DNA of 64,000 bases from an uncultured Nitrososphaerota archaeon. Lineage in GTDB: Archaea > Thermoproteota > Nitrososphaeria > Nitrososphaerales > CADDZS01. A model generated the notes under the pieces. The model was not told the origin of the DNA. It was given only the letters and a program-made list of their open reading frames with translations, and did no database searches. The stretch's first letter is position 1, and each line of letters starts with the position of its first letter. Location: positions 1,920,001-1,984,000 of the forward strand of contig CAWCYI010000004.1 of the NCBI GenBank assembly GCA_963799845.1. The letters are read 5' to 3'. The translations under genes were made by a program, and so were the position numbers. This document shows positions 33,413 through 43,065 of this stretch, piece by piece.

Positions 33413-34333
33413 CTATTCTGAGCTCCTGATCAAATTCAAATACACATCCTCAAGAGTCGAGCTTGCCTCTGTAACGTACTGGATGCGACCGCCCGCTGCC
33501 CCAATCGAGTTCACAATGTCAGGATTTTGTTTCTCGGGATCGCTAACCGTGATTATCAGCTTGTTTTCTGCTACCTCGACATTTGCAACTCCGAGTCTTT
33601 TGACCGCGGATATGATTGCATTGTTGACGGATTGAAGTTGAAAAACCGTCTTCCTTCCCAATATTGACTCTCTGAGCTTTTCCGGTGTTCCGACCGCTAT
33701 GAGTTTAGTTCTTAGTATGCCCACTCTATCGCAGATTCTTTCAGCCTCGTCAAGAAGATGAGTGTTAAGAAAGATTGTTTTTTTCTCTTTCTTGAGATCT
33801 AAGATGAAATCTCTCACTGTTTTCGAAGCTTCGGGATCCAAGTTTGCGGTGGGTTCGTCCAAGAAGAGAACTTTGGGATCGTGAATTAGTGCTCGAGCTA
33901 TCGCAAGTTTTTGCTTCATTCCCTTGGAGAATGTACCAGCCGGAAGATCCCTTTTCTCCCAAAGCTCCATTAGCTTTAGTAAATATTCTATCCTTTCTTT
34001 TCTCTTAATTTCGTCGACCTTGTAGTACCTGCCATAGAAATCCAGGTTCTTGTATGCGTTTAGTTCCTCGTAGAGACCGACGTTATCTGGAATCAGCCCG
34101 ATCATCCCTCTGATCTTTGGTTGATCCGCGCTGTTTCCAATGTCATAATCGCCTATCTTCGCGGTACCACTTGTCTTCGATATGAGGCATGCTAGCATTC
34201 GGATAGAAGTGGTCTTGCCAGCGCCATTGGGACCGAGAAACCCGAAAACTTCACCTTCGGCCACGTGAAGAGTGAGGTCATCGACAGCGGTGAGATCGCC
34301 AAATTTTCTCGTGAGGTTCTCCGCATCTATCAA
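33413..34333 (-). CDS. ABC transporter ATP-binding protein
   Basis: GPNGAGKTT, FSKGMKQK, LFLDEPT. Confidence 0.95.
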   Translation of the reverse strand: MIDAENLTRKFGDLTAVDDLTLHVAEGEVFGFLGPNGAGKTTSIRMLACLISKTSGTAKIGDYDIGNSADQPKIRGMIGLIPDNVGLYEELNAYKNLDFYGRYYKVDEIKRKERIEYLLKLMELWEKRDLPAGTFSKGMKQKLAIARALIHDPKVLFLDEPTANLDPEASKTVRDFILDLKKEKKTIFLNTHLLDEAERICDRVGILRTKLIAVGTPEKLRESILGRKTVFQLQSVNNAIISAVKRLGVANVEVAENKLIITVSDPEKQNPDIVNSIGAAGGRIQYVTEASSTLEDVYLNLIRSSE

Positions 34334-34605
34334 TTAGGTAAGTCCACGAAGATAACCCATCGTTGGAAATATAAAGCGCCCGCAGCTGTACAATTCTTGT
34401 ACAATGGATTAGACCGATTCGCGGATCGGCAGGTCCTAATCGGGAATATCGTTTCACATTGAGCGCGGACGCGATTCTATCCCCAGAGGAAGTAAAGAGC
34501 ATCGCCCAAAGAGTGCTCGCGATTGAACGGATTTTTCTCAGAAGGGGAGGTTTGTTTGGCATACTTTGTTTAGGTGAGAATGATGTGAATTTCCGACAGT
34601 TTGTG

Positions 34606-34613
34606 CTTACTAG
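34606..34613 (+). repeat. left part of repeat R3 (CTTACTAG), split by IS110
   Basis: joining it to 37753 restores CTTACTAGTAAATACGTGTCCGAATC, matching R2 and R5. Confidence 0.88.
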
Positions 34614-34935
34614 GTGACATGATCGACCGTATTAAAGGAACGTAAAGCCACAGCCAAGCACATGTACGCAGCAATAGACTTGCACCAAAAAACTGTACAG
34701 TCAGTACTCAAGGATGAAGGGGGAAGGATAGAAAACGAGCTGAAGATCAACAAGGATGCAAAAAGCATACTCGAATTTCTTGATGGTACTGATGCTGAAA
34801 TAGTCATGGAGTCTGGTTACAACCACGAACACATCTATGATCTTCTAAAGGAGGAAGGATACGATGTCAAGGTAGCTCATCCATTGATGGTTAAGGCGAT
34901 CGCATACGCAAAAGTGAAAAATGACAAGGTAGACG

Positions 34936-36883
34936 GCGCGCCAAGGAATCTCTATGACTCGTGGACGTAAGTTCCACTCTGGGAATCGCAGGTTTGCCCA
35001 GATAGATTGGGGCACAGCTAGCGGAGCAATTCGCTGGCTGGAGCTGTCCTCAAATCAAATCCTCAGGCCGCAGCGCAAGCGAACTCGATGTAGCACCGTG
35101 AGGTCGGAGTGGGAAGGCCTAGCAAGTCGTCACTCTGCGAAGGCTAGAACTGCATCATCAGGTGTAATGCCTGTAGCCTGCGAGCATGCAGCTTCCCCGG
35201 TGTTGCAGGGGTGGCATGAGGAGAAAGCCATGGAGCCTAACTTGGGAGACCGGGTAGTGTCCATAGATGCTCTAACAACTAGGGCATCTTTGGTAGTGCT
35301 GCCTATAAGCTCGTTGAGCGAAATGGCGGCCGAAGCGCTGCACGGAGTCGGAAAGGCTAGTAGTATTCATGAGGGTGAGGACAGCACAACCTCGCACGAG
35401 AGAAGGAGCCTTACTTGTGTGCGTGACTGCTCAAAGTTCATGGACGAGTCCATTCTTCGCAAGAAGTAAGAGGTTGAAAGCTCGTAATTTGAAGCCCGTC
35501 GAAGAACTTCGTAGCAGTCTTTACCGAACAGCTGAAGGAGAACAAGGAAAGGAGATTCTACAGTCTAAAAGATAAAATCTGTCGGATCGATGTTTTGGAA
35601 GAAGCTTGGAAAAGAGTCAGAGCAAACAAAGGTGTGGAAGGAATCGACAACGAGACAATCGAGGACATAGAAAGGAGAGGAGTTGATGAATTCCTCTCGC
35701 GGCTACAGCAAGAACTCAAGGACGAAACATACAAAGTTCAGTGCGTCAGGAGAGTTTTCATTCCCAAACCGAATGGGAAGAAAAGACCTCTTGGTATCCC
35801 AACTGTAAGGGACAGGGTAGTTCAACAGGCGGTCAGATTAATCATCGAGCCGATATTCGAAGCTGATTTCCAAGATTTCAGCTACGGATACAGATCGCAC
35901 AGGTCGGCAAGAGATGCAAGCTTGGCAATCTACAGGTGCCTAAACTTCGGTCTTACGAACGTCATCGATGTTGACATCGAAGCGTTCTTCGACCACATAG
36001 ACCATTCAAAACTAATCTCCTTTGTCAAGGAGCGAGTCACAGACGGATACATCATCAAACTCGTCAGGGAATGGCTCAGGGCAGGCGTCGTCTACATGGG
36101 TGAAACGACTTATCCGAATGAGGGGACTCCTCAGGGTGGAGTCATCTCGCCTCTTCTAGCCAACATCTATCTCAACAAACTCGACGCAGCATGGACGGAG
36201 CTGAAGATGAACAGCAGATACAAGTACAATTCTCAGCTCGTTAGATACGCCGATGACATTGTAATCTTCACAGACAGGAGTTATGCAGGAAACATCATGA
36301 GGTTTCTCTCGGAATTTCTTTCCTCATATCTTGGACTCGAGCTGCGCGAGGACAAATCCAGAATCACTACAGCAAAGGAAGGATTTGATTTCCTTGGATT
36401 TCACTTCTTGAGAAGATTTGAGTTCAGGAAGGGGAAGGAAGTAACCAGATTCTTCCCGTCCAAAGCTACCGTGCGAAAGTTCAGGGACAAGGTTAGGGAG
36501 CTAACTGCAAGGGGTGTCACTCACGTCAAGGATGAAAGGCAGCTAGCCAAGGAACTGAACTTGCTCATTGTAGGATGGACTAACTACTTCAACCACTCTA
36601 ATGCCTCAGAAACATACGGAGACTTGCAGCACTACGTCGAATGGAAGTTCAGGCAATTCATACGCTTCAAACATCAGATTCGCAGATTGTCAGCCAGATA
36701 TGATGGCTTCGATCAGCCCTCTCAATTTGGCTTGAAATCTCTAGCGGGTAGAATCTCGTACGTAACTTGGGAGCCGTACGCTCTTCGGTGAAGCACCTCG
36801 GTAAGCTGTGTGAGGGAAAACTTCACGCACAGTTTGATGTGGGAGGGGGAGGATTGAAAACAAAATCCTCTCTTTCACCCAAC
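34936..36883 (+). mobile_element. group II intron
   Basis: 5' GCGCG; domain V AAGCTGTGTGAGGGAAAACTTCACGCACAGTTT (36803-36835); domain VI hairpin with bulged A ending ACCCAAC; removal restores the recombinase frame exactly. Confidence 0.95.
35595..36791 (+). CDS. ltrA: group II intron reverse transcriptase/maturase (no endonuclease domain)
   Basis: RPLGIPTVRDRVVQ, GTPQGGVISPLLANIYL, RYADD, GFDFLGF, GWTNYF; natural N-terminus (EELRSSLYRTA/KENKERRFYSL) is offset by one base near 35534. Confidence 0.93.
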   Translation: MEEAWKRVRANKGVEGIDNETIEDIERRGVDEFLSRLQQELKDETYKVQCVRRVFIPKPNGKKRPLGIPTVRDRVVQQAVRLIIEPIFEADFQDFSYGYRSHRSARDASLAIYRCLNFGLTNVIDVDIEAFFDHIDHSKLISFVKERVTDGYIIKLVREWLRAGVVYMGETTYPNEGTPQGGVISPLLANIYLNKLDAAWTELKMNSRYKYNSQLVRYADDIVIFTDRSYAGNIMRFLSEFLSSYLGLELREDKSRITTAKEGFDFLGFHFLRRFEFRKGKEVTRFFPSKATVRKFRDKVRELTARGVTHVKDERQLAKELNLLIVGWTNYFNHSNASETYGDLQHYVEWKFRQFIRFKHQIRRLSARYDGFDQPSQFGLKSLAGRISYVTWEPYALR

Positions 36884-37594
36884 CAAGGACACTTGCAGAT
36901 CTACTGAGACTGGACATGATACCGGAGTGCTACATCCCCAGCCAAGAGATAAGAGAAGTAAGAGACCTGGCAAGGAGGAGACATTATTTCGTCTCGACAA
37001 GAACGATGTTCAAAAACAAAATCCATGCAGAGCTCAGCAGGAGATGGATTGATTACAGTAAAGATCTCTTCACGCAGACTGGGATGGACCATCTAAAATC
37101 GCTTCATATCGCAGCGGTAAATGACTACCTCGACTCAATTCAGTTCCTCGATGAGAAGATACGAGAGCTTGACGGCCAAATCAAGGAAAAGCTCTTGGCG
37201 ACAAATATGCGAAGCTCCTTGTGACGGTGCCAGGAATATCCTACTACGGTGCGCTGCTGATTTCAAGCGAGATTGCAGACATCAACAGATTCCCAGACCC
37301 AGAACACCTGTGCTCCTATGCAAAACTGGCACCCGGAACTCATCAATCGGGAGAGACACAATACCAGAAAGCAGATCGTAACAAGGGCAATCACATGCTC
37401 AACTGGATATTGATCCAGTGTGCTCACATACACGTCCTAAACTGCAACTCGTCGATTACTGGGCATTACAACAGGATCAAGGAAACGAGGGGAAACAAGA
37501 TCGCCATCGTCGCAGCAGCAAGAAAACTGACGTGCGCAATCTACATGATGCTGAAGGAAGAAAGAGCCTTCAGGCTGGACGGCTAAAACCATAA

Positions 37595-37741
37595 ACTGGG
37601 CTCGAGAATTTACTGCATCTTCAGGATGCGTTTACTAGGATGAGCCAAAGGCAATAAGCGAAAGCCACAATGCTCTTTTGGAGCGAATGGGAGTATGCTC
37701 GTCCAGCATGACAAAAGAGATATTAAGAAATGTAGCCCAGT
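37595..37741 (+). ncRNA. predicted bridge/seek RNA of the IS110
   Basis: two stem-internal loop-stem modules; loop 1 carries GAATTTACT and TTTACTAG (target), loop 2 carries ATGGGAG (donor end); ends ACTGGGCT/AGCCCAGT are complementary. Confidence 0.8.
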
Positions 37742-37750
37742 CGACATGGG

Positions 37751-37879
37751 AGTAAATACGTGTCCGAATCTCGTTACATGACCGAGCTATCATCTTGAAA
37801 ATTTGGAAATAGGGGTTGTATTTTTACTAGTAAATTCGTGCGGGGGTCCCACAACTCGCACTCGGGATTTACTAGTAAA
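37751..37879 (+). repeat. palindrome/TCCCAC repeat, copy R3 (right part)
   Basis: AGTAAATACGTG ... TTTACTAGTAAA(37823)-TTCGTGCGGGGG-TCCCAC-AACTCGCAC-TCGGGA-TTTACTAGTAAA(37868). Confidence 0.93.
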
Positions 37880-38017
37880 AACTGAAGCCAAATGCTCAAA
37901 CTTACACAGCAGCTCCCATAACGTTAGCGCGTTCATTTGCTGGCACAATTTACTGGCATCTCGAGGCTCAATTTAACCAATAAATACCTTGAACATGCGT
38001 GAACGACGAGTGCGAAC

Positions 38018-38392
38018 GTGACAAATTCAAAACTCTCGTTCATACATGTCGGTTTACCCTTGGATCACCCATCTATCCCAATCGAAATTCAGAAGGAAGC
38101 GAGCGTGCAGCTCCCAAGGTTGCGCGACCGGATGCAAGCGGAAGGCTATGGATATGAGCTTGTGTTTGCTTCGCCCGAGGATGGCTTAGAGAACTTCAAG
38201 TCGCAGCTAGGGGCACGTGGACCGGATGGCGTCGTCATAGGCGGAGGAGTGGTAGGCAATCCTCAAATGCGCTTCTTCATGGAGCAGATCATTGATGTAA
38301 TACGAACCTCTGCACCTAAAAGCAAAATCCTTCTAATTGGCAGGCCAGAGGAAGCGCCAGCCGCTGTTGCGCGATGGTTCCCAAAGGCCTAG
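38018..38392 (+). CDS. hypothetical protein (flavodoxin-like fold possible)
   Basis: DGVVIGGGV..FMEQIIDVIR..AP..AVARW. Confidence 0.65.
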   Translation: MTNSKLSFIHVGLPLDHPSIPIEIQKEASVQLPRLRDRMQAEGYGYELVFASPEDGLENFKSQLGARGPDGVVIGGGVVGNPQMRFFMEQIIDVIRTSAPKSKILLIGRPEEAPAAVARWFPKA

Positions 38393-38507
38393 GTTGTTCC
38401 AAGTAATGCGAGACACCTGCGAGCGCACTTGATCTATCTCATCCTGAAACGCCCTAATCCTGCCACTCTTACTGTAGTCTTCTAGACCCAAACGGAAGGA
38501 GGTCTGA

Positions 38508-38963
38508 TTGATAGTGCAGAAACCCCGGCTCAAGCTGCCTCGCGAGCTTCGCTCACTAGAGAAGCTCATTGGGAATTGGGGTGTTACGATTCGATGGTCC
38601 GAAGAGACACACAAACTGGTCGGTGGACCAAAAGAAGTGAAAGCTGAAGCAAAGATTTCCCTGATGAAAGAAGGAGGTTTTCTCCATTATCAGATGGGAC
38701 CCTCGCACTGGATAATCGGGAGAGATGAAAGCGCTCCAGAGTTTGCTGTTCTCTATAGCGATGAACGTCTGATTGCACGCGTATATCGAATGAGTTTCAC
38801 TCATGGGGTCTGGAAGCTTTGGAGAGATGCGCCCAAATTTCACCAGCGATTTGAGGGACACCTCAGATCTAATAAACGAAGAATAGATGCTTACTGGGAC
38901 AAATCAGAAGATGGGAAGTCCTGGATTCGCGACTTCGACATGATCTTTGTTCGTTCTGACTAA
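38508..38963 (+). CDS. hypothetical beta-barrel protein (DUF1579-like)
   Basis: LEKLIGNW, LYSDER..RVYRM, QRFEG, WDKSEDGKSW..DF. Confidence 0.65.
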   Translation: MIVQKPRLKLPRELRSLEKLIGNWGVTIRWSEETHKLVGGPKEVKAEAKISLMKEGGFLHYQMGPSHWIIGRDESAPEFAVLYSDERLIARVYRMSFTHGVWKLWRDAPKFHQRFEGHLRSNKRRIDAYWDKSEDGKSWIRDFDMIFVRSD

Positions 38964-39001
38964 TGCCTGGAATCCTTAGATTTGCAAAAAAAAGAAAAAT
39001 C

Positions 39002-40403
39002 GTAACCGTTTAGCTTTTTGAAGCTGGATTTAGATAGTTCATGGCATAATCGTAAAAGTTCAATCCTCTCAGCCTGCACGTCTCTTTCACGCTCATCAAC
39101 ACTTTGTGTGCATCTGCTCCTTCCATCGATTGGTTGCCGTAGGTTATCTTTCTAATGACAACGCTTGGTCTTATTGCTCTCTCCGCTGTATTGTTGTTCC
39201 AGTCAACTCCAAGCTCTTCAAGGAACGTGAACAGCATTCCCTTCTCTCTTCTCAGACGCTTGACAAACCGCATGCAGTTTGTCTCATCCACGGTCGAATA
39301 CGATGCGTTAATTTTCTCGACCCTCGCTTCAAACCTCTTCTTGGCTCTTAGGCGATCCCTCTTTCCATTCACGCTCTTTCCAACTTTTATCGCGTCATTC
39401 AGTATGCGTTTGAGTTTCTTTGAAAACGGTGTGAATTCTTTTCCCGGTCTCTTATAGATCTGGGTGTCTTCTATATCACGGAGGTAGTGCAGAAGGCATC
39501 TCTGATGTTTTGTTCCAACGTAGTTCCATGCCGGCCATGAATCGCTTATCACGGTCCCAGCGTAGTCTCTACCAAGTACCTTTATGGGAACCTCGCTGCC
39601 TCGAGATCTTGCCACCTCGTAGATAACCGACCATTTGCCCACAAACGTCCAGAGCCAGTGGTTCTTTCCCTTGATCCTCCAGCTTGTTTCATCGCCATGC
39701 AGACTCTTTTCATTTCTCACTTCTGAGATGAGATCACTGTAACGCGGACCGAATGCTTCTGCAACCTTCATCACAGAGTGCTCCACCGAAGCCTCACTCA
39801 TCTCAAGATTGAAGATGAGCTTGAATAGTGAGGTGATTTTTGCGTACGACAGCCCCAGCAATTTGAGCGAAACTATAAGGAGCATCAGTCTGAGCCCGAA
39901 TCGCTCGTTGCTGAGGACATTGGGCACTTCAGGAGAGATCTGTCTCCTGCATCCGCAGCAATATCTCCTCTTAATTACGTATCTTGTTACAACCAATCTT
40001 GCGGGAACGACATCTTCGACAAATCTTTCGTATTTGTCTGTAGGTTTTTCTGAGAGGACTCCTCCGCATTTGGGGCATACAGTTTGATCCAGTTCCATCG
40101 TATGATCAACGTGGTCTGGCTTTCTTCTCGTCCCGCCTTCGTGACCTTTTCTTCTCCCAGATTTCTTGTGGTACTTTCTGTTATCGGAGGTGGTTGTAGT
40201 AAAGGTCGCGGGAGTGTCCTTCTTTGCGTTTATGCTCCTTGCAACAACTGCCCCAAGCGTTGTCTTGAGGGAGGCAAGCTCCTCCTTGAGCTGTTTATTC
40301 TCCTCCTTCAGGAGTCTGTTTTGTTCTTCAAGTTCATCGATTTGACTTTGGTAGTATTCGGGAAGATTACTTGGTTCATCGTCAATCGAAGACAAAGGCT
40401 TAC
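39002..40403 (-). mobile_element. single-ORF IS66-family element
   Basis: ends GTAACCGTTT / reverse complement GTAAGCCTTT; no clear TSD. Confidence 0.8.
39010..40395 (-). CDS. IS66 transposase
   Basis: leucine zipper, GHEG, CPKCG, HGDETSW, ISD, QRCLLHYLRD, NNTAERAIRP. Confidence 0.93.
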   Translation of the reverse strand: MSSIDDEPSNLPEYYQSQIDELEEQNRLLKEENKQLKEELASLKTTLGAVVARSINAKKDTPATFTTTTSDNRKYHKKSGRRKGHEGGTRRKPDHVDHTMELDQTVCPKCGGVLSEKPTDKYERFVEDVVPARLVVTRYVIKRRYCCGCRRQISPEVPNVLSNERFGLRLMLLIVSLKLLGLSYAKITSLFKLIFNLEMSEASVEHSVMKVAEAFGPRYSDLISEVRNEKSLHGDETSWRIKGKNHWLWTFVGKWSVIYEVARSRGSEVPIKVLGRDYAGTVISDSWPAWNYVGTKHQRCLLHYLRDIEDTQIYKRPGKEFTPFSKKLKRILNDAIKVGKSVNGKRDRLRAKKRFEARVEKINASYSTVDETNCMRFVKRLRREKGMLFTFLEELGVDWNNNTAERAIRPSVVIRKITYGNQSMEGADAHKVLMSVKETCRLRGLNFYDYAMNYLNPASKS

Positions 40404-40508
40404 GGAAAGTTCAATGGAGAATCTTGGCCAAATAGCTTTCGGCCGATTACTTCAAAACGCTAAATGGATACGAAAAATCAATTCTGGGAGAGATGAAGGA
40501 AAGAGAAC

Positions 40509-40940
40509 ATGGCTAAGCGTATCTCGCGCGAGTCTGGAGCTAAAGGCGTAGATGACTATATTGCAAAATGTCCAAAAGACTTGCAGAGAAAACTAAAGAA
40601 GATCAGAGCGGCAATAAGACAGGTTGCGCGTGACGCTAATGAGACCACCAGTTACTTCGACATGCCAGGATGTTACTATCCCGGTTATGACTATAATGGA
40701 ATGTTCGCATGGTTCGGTCTCCAGAAATCATACGTTAGCCTCTTGCTGTGCCCTCCGACAATACAGACTTTTGAAAAACAACTCGCAGGCTACACTACAA
40801 CCAAAGCGGCTGTACACTTTCCATTGGATAGACCCGTACCTGTATCTCTGGTGAAAAAGTTGGTGAAGACAAGTTTGGCGTTAATGAAAACCAAGCCAAT
40901 GAAAGGTACCGTGAATCGAAAGCCAGCTCATGGGAGTTAA
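40509..40940 (+). CDS. DUF1801/YdhG-like protein
   Basis: VDDYIA..IRAAI..SYFDMP..TKAAVHFPLDRPVP.SLVKKLVK. Confidence 0.85.
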   Translation: MAKRISRESGAKGVDDYIAKCPKDLQRKLKKIRAAIRQVARDANETTSYFDMPGCYYPGYDYNGMFAWFGLQKSYVSLLLCPPTIQTFEKQLAGYTTTKAAVHFPLDRPVPVSLVKKLVKTSLALMKTKPMKGTVNRKPAHGS

Positions 40941-40982
40941 GGGATCGGATGGAAGTCCTAGCCACCATAAACTTACCTCGGG

Positions 40983-41011
40983 ACACTCGGGCGTTAATTT
41001 TTACTAGTAAA
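40983..41011 (+). repeat. partial repeat copy R4
   Basis: CACTCGGG..TTTACTAGTAAA (41000-41011); one-mismatch TTTACTACTAAA also at 41192-41203. Confidence 0.65.
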
Positions 41012-41262
41012 GAGCGTAAATTTACGAGCTTTAGAAAAAACGCTTATTGAATTCCGAAGAAGCGGCAGTGAAAGGACACTCGGAATGTTTCTAATTCTTT
41101 TGAATCCGCGTGCTAGTTCACTTTTCGGATCGCACCGGATACGAGGTTTTCTGTGCTCGAATAACGCCCTTTGGTTTAGATTGGATTTTGATTTACTACT
41201 AAATTATACACATGAATCACTATTGCTCGCGAAATGCCAATCATCTCTCGTCCCCAAATTCT

Positions 41263-42378
41263 CTAATGACTTGCATAGAAATTTGCTACAGCTCTGAAAG
41301 ATTCTTTTGGTTCCCAAGGCATGTCGGGATAAGTTACACCATGCCTTCCTTTGGAATACGTCTTGACCAGACTCATGCTAGCCATGTCAAGATCATACCT
41401 TGGATTCTCATCATAGGGATGAATCTGGGAAACGAAGACAGAGACGAAAGCACCATAAATACCCGCCTTGTCGAGAACACTCAATTGATCTTCAAGTTCA
41501 CGCGTCTGCAATCCCTCGTCTCTGATGTGATTTCCATCTTTCAATTTGGGTCGAATGAACATACCGAACAAGGGCAACAGATAATGGAGAGCTTGGGACT
41601 TGTTGTCTATGATATTTCCGCCCAGACCAGCTCCATTGATTTCGGCTCCTTGGTAAGTTGGCATTCCAAACTCCGTAACTACAACTGGCTTTCCGATCTC
41701 AAATGCCGGCTTTAGCATATCTGCGTATTGATCTTTGATCCTTTCAGCACGATAATGGTCTACGCCGACATAATCGAAGAGATTCCAATCCACAGATTCC
41801 CACAAAAGAGAAGCGTAGGTTATTTTTCCATGAAAAACTTCTTTCACTGAAGCGACAGTTTTTTGGAGGTATGCGCGAAGTATTTTGTTGTGCTCGCCAT
41901 TTCGGATACGTGAAATTGCTTCAACAGAGTTCGTTTGCCCTGTAGAATTTTCCTGCTGCTTGTATTTTGTCATTAGTTTCGTCATTCTTTCCACTACGTT
42001 TTTGCCCTCAACAATGCCATTCATGAAAAGCGTGAGTTCGCCTCCAACGACTAACACAAGGCTTTCTGGATATTCTCGCCGTAATTTTTCGGCTGATTCA
42101 GCGACCCTTTGGGTGTATGCCTGTGTTTGATCTTGTTTCTTATTCCACATCGTTGGACAAAGCCATACTTCAAGACCTTTCTTTAGAGCAATTTCAGTGG
42201 CAACAACGAGCCTTTTGATATCGAGACCAGTGATTCTTATCGCGTTGCAATGCAGATCATTTTTGATTATCTCGATTTCACGGCTTACAGTCTTGGGATC
42301 AAAGTCAGGTCGCCAGTTGAAATACATCACGCTTCCTGCGTCGTAGTTGACTCCCTTTAGTTTCATCTTTCCCACCAT
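41263..42378 (-). CDS. TIM-barrel glycoside-hydrolase-like protein
   Basis: KGVNYD, DLHCNAIRI, ITYAS, VGVDHY, KPVVVTEFG. Confidence 0.75.
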   Translation of the reverse strand: MVGKMKLKGVNYDAGSVMYFNWRPDFDPKTVSREIEIIKNDLHCNAIRITGLDIKRLVVATEIALKKGLEVWLCPTMWNKKQDQTQAYTQRVAESAEKLRREYPESLVLVVGGELTLFMNGIVEGKNVVERMTKLMTKYKQQENSTGQTNSVEAISRIRNGEHNKILRAYLQKTVASVKEVFHGKITYASLLWESVDWNLFDYVGVDHYRAERIKDQYADMLKPAFEIGKPVVVTEFGMPTYQGAEINGAGLGGNIIDNKSQALHYLLPLFGMFIRPKLKDGNHIRDEGLQTRELEDQLSVLDKAGIYGAFVSVFVSQIHPYDENPRYDLDMASMSLVKTYSKGRHGVTYPDMPWEPKESFRAVANFYASH

Positions 42379-42422
42379 TCTATCTTCTGTCAGGCTTCAA
42401 CATCCGGAATATGATATCCGGA

Positions 42423-42989
42423 TCAGGATAGCTCTCGCTTCAGCTTCCCTGGATCGGAGTACGCCATTCTTTTCCATAGTCCTTCAATGCAAGCCATGAC
42501 TGCTTCTAGCAATTGATCTGGATTATCCTTTGCAATCTCTCCAGTTTTCTGCCCCTCGACTATCAGCCGCCGCATTTCGTTTAGAAAGATCTTACCATGC
42601 CTTGTCATCCTTTCTTTAAGCTCAGCAGGTAGCGAATCATCAGCTAGTATCTGATAGAGAAATTGGTAGTATCCTGACTGTTCTCTTCTTCGTTCTATTA
42701 GTCTAGTTACAATAGTGTGGAGTTTCTCTACCGGAGTTCCAGGTAGCTTTTTCATCATCTTATCATATTCTTCTGCAGATTGTAGTGAATGTTTCAGCAG
42801 GGTTTTGAAAATCTCATCCTTGCTTTCGAAGTATCTGTAGGCAAGCCCTTGGCTGATTCCAGCTTCTGATGCAATGTCCGCCATGGTAGCCGAACTACCT
42901 TTTCGCCCGAATACCTTCTCGGCGGATTTCAGAATATTCTCGGGTTGATCTATTCCCAATCGTTCAATTGATGTTTGAGGCCTAGTCAT
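42423..42989 (-). CDS. TetR/AcrR-family regulator
   Basis: ATMADIASEAGISQGLAYRYFESKDEI. Confidence 0.9.
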   Translation of the reverse strand: MTRPQTSIERLGIDQPENILKSAEKVFGRKGSSATMADIASEAGISQGLAYRYFESKDEIFKTLLKHSLQSAEEYDKMMKKLPGTPVEKLHTIVTRLIERRREQSGYYQFLYQILADDSLPAELKERMTRHGKIFLNEMRRLIVEGQKTGEIAKDNPDQLLEAVMACIEGLWKRMAYSDPGKLKRELS

Positions 42990-43004
42990 TGGTTAGTCAT
43001 ATAC

Positions 43005-43025
43005 ATAAATGAATTATTCATTTAT
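43005..43025. promoter_or_regulatory. putative TetR operator
   Basis: perfect 10-1-10 IR ATAAATGAAT-T-ATTCATTTAT just upstream of tetR. Confidence 0.75.
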
Positions 43026-43065
43026 CATATAAAGATTGATTCGAGTCGAGCCCAGAAATTCAAAT

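Larger units (their letters stand above)
34662..37586 (+). pseudogene. IS110 DEDD recombinase; exon 1 34662-34935, exon 2 from 36884; frameshift at A-run 37187-37190
   Basis: AIDLH, VMESG, KNDKVD|ARTLADLLR, TVPGIS, HQSG, AAARKL. Confidence 0.92.
34614..37752 (+). mobile_element. IS110-family element (IS1111-like layout) carrying a group II intron
   Basis: AG core at both junctions (34612-34613, 37751-37752); subterminal IR CATGATCGAC / GTCGACATG; short 5' and about 165-bp 3' non-coding ends. Confidence 0.9.

Noticed and set aside
34954-35575. ORFs of 171 and 68 aa in the intron 5' region
   Set aside because: They overlap ribozyme domains I-IV; only the last part of the 68-aa ORF is the frameshifted RT N-terminus.
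35595-36791. RT as a retron, DGR or defence RT
   Set aside because: It has canonical intron domains V and VI, and removing the intron restores the host gene frame exactly.
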